From the NCBI GenBank assembly GCA_035628635.1, contig DASPJJ010000033.1, forward strand, positions 128,889 to 192,888: a stretch of DNA of 64,000 nucleotides, written 5' to 3'. The notes under the pieces were generated by a model, which was given only the letters and a program-made list of their open reading frames with translations, had not been told where the DNA came from and did no database searches. Positions within the stretch are counted from its first letter, which is position 1, and every line of letters starts with the position of its first letter. The translations under genes and the position numbers were made by a program. This document shows positions 62,559 through 64,000 of this stretch, piece by piece. The DNA comes from Allosphingosinicella sp. Its GTDB lineage: Bacteria > Pseudomonadota > Alphaproteobacteria > Sphingomonadales > Sphingomonadaceae.

Positions 62559-64000
62559 CCAGCCTGCTCTGGACCCTCGTCGCCGCCCAGATCGCGATGG
62601 GCGCGTTCGACACCCTCTTTCACCATGAAGGGACCGAGCGTCTCGCATGGCGGCCGTCGCAGCGACGCGAGCTGCAGCTCCACGGCGTCCGCAACCTGCT
62701 CTACACGGCGATGTTCGCGACGCTGGGCTGGGCAGAGCCGCACGGCGCGCTTGCCTCGGCGCTGATCGCGCTGCTCGCGGCCGAGCTCGTCATCACCCTC
62801 TGGGACTTCGTCGAGGAGGATCGCACCCGCCATCTCCCGGCGAGCGAGCGCGTCACCCACACCTTGCTGACGCTGAACTACGGCGCGATCCTCGCGCTGC
62901 TCGCACCGGTCCTCCTCAGCTGGGCAGCCGCGCCGACCGGTCTGGCCTGGGCTTATCACGGCTTCTGGAGCTGGCTCTGCGCAGCTGCGGCATGCGGCAC
63001 CGCCGTTGCCGGCGTTCGCGACCTCGCCGCTGCGGACCGCACGGCGCGCCTCGGCGAGTCCGACCCCGCCAGCCTGGCGGCGGGCTTGCCGCCGGCGAGC
63101 AGGGTGCTCGTGACCGGGGGCAGCGGCTTCATCGGCTCCCGCCTGGTTGCCGCGCTCGCCGCCGCCGGGCACGACGTCACCGTGCTCACCCGCCGCCGGG
63201 AAAATGCCTCCCGTCTTCCGGCGCCGCTCAGGATCGTCACCGACCTCGCGCAGATCCCCTCCAGCGCCCGCATCGACGCCATCGTGAACCTTGCAGGAGA
63301 GCCGATCGGCAACGGGCTGTGGACCACATCCAAGCGCCGTAGGATCGTCGAGAGCCGGCTCGCCACCACCTGGGCATTGGGGCGGCTGATCGAGCGGCTC
63401 GAAACCAGGCCGAAGGTGCTGGTCAGCGGCAGCGCGATCGGCTGGTACGGCCTTCGCGGCGGCGAGCCGCTGGCCGAGGACGGGGACTTTCGGGACTGCT
63501 TCAGCCACCGCCTGTGCAGCGCATGGGAATATGCGGCGCAGCTCGCGGCGGGCCGCGGCGTACGGCTGGTGCTGCTGCGTACCGGCCTGGTGCTGGGCCG
63601 CGAGGGCGGGGTGCTGAGCCGGATGCTGGCGCCGTTCGAATTCGGCCTTGGCGGCCGCTTCGGCGACGGGCGCCAGTGGATGAGCTGGATCCATCGCGAC
63701 GACCTCGTCCGCCTGATCGTCCGGGCGATCGCCGACCCCGAACTGGCCGGTCCGCTCAACGGCACCGCCCCGAAGCCGGCCACAAACGCCGAGTTCGCGC
63801 GCGCACTCGGCCGCGCGCTCGGGCGTCCCGCGATCTTCCCGGTCCCGGCGGCGCCGCTCCGCTTCGCTCTCGGGGACTTCGCCGACGAGTTGCTCCTCGG
63901 CGGCCAGCATATCCGTCCGGCCAAAGCGAGTGCCGCGGGCTTCCGCTTCGCCTATCCGACCCTCGACGAGGCGCTGGCCGCGATCGTCGGCCGTCCGGCG
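62555..64000 (+). CDS. TIGR01777-type epimerase with N-terminal membrane domain, truncated by the right edge
   Basis: Manual translation MTSLLWTLVAAQIAMGAFDTLFHHE..., TGGSGFIG, VNLAGEPI, SGSAIGWYG, QWMSWIHRDD. Confidence 0.88.
   Translation, partial: MTSLLWTLVAAQIAMGAFDTLFHHEGTERLAWRPSQRRELQLHGVRNLLYTAMFATLGWAEPHGALASALIALLAAELVITLWDFVEEDRTRHLPASERVTHTLLTLNYGAILALLAPVLLSWAAAPTGLAWAYHGFWSWLCAAAACGTAVAGVRDLAAADRTARLGESDPASLAAGLPPASRVLVTGGSGFIGSRLVAALAAAGHDVTVLTRRRENASRLPAPLRIVTDLAQIPSSARIDAIVNLAGEPIGNGLWTTSKRRRIVESRLATTWALGRLIERLETRPKVLVSGSAIGWYGLRGGEPLAEDGDFRDCFSHRLCSAWEYAAQLAAGRGVRLVLLRTGLVLGREGGVLSRMLAPFEFGLGGRFGDGRQWMSWIHRDDLVRLIVRAIADPELAGPLNGTAPKPATNAEFARALGRALGRPAIFPVPAAPLRFALGDFADELLLGGQHIRPAKASAAGFRFAYPTLDEALAAIVGRPA

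Overview
High-GC alphaproteobacterial chromosome segment. Gene content (CDC48-type ATPase, recF-gyrB without dnaA/dnaN, GIN/DUF2807 proteins, EcfG-type promoter) points to Sphingomonadaceae; this is inference. About 55 CDS: housekeeping genes (SUV3-like helicase, fdxA, carD, mgtE, cyclophilin, recF, gyrB), lipid enzymes, a c-di-GMP module, a chrB-ocd-chrA cluster, and a glycosyltransferase-glf fusion. The main feature is a self-contained sigma54 regulon. An NtrC-family activator and a histidine kinase with almost no periplasmic domain lie divergent from a 28-aa hydrophobic micro-ORF and a ~17-kb operon (adaptor, ATPase, five MacB/FtsX permeases, three translationally coupled membrane/redox genes). 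The same -24/-12 promoter and paired TGTCCG-N4-CGGACA sites recur 11 kb away at a TonB-receptor-like beta-barrel gene. At least four palindromic repeat families occur. One copy sits in frame inside recF, and another lies within a duplicated regulator/kinase junction and forms a relay mini-ORF. Candidate structured RNAs lie between recF and gyrB, upstream of chrB, and divergent from a LysR gene. No CRISPR array, rRNA, tRNA, transposase or integrase was seen. All calls are from reading the sequence; no searches were run.
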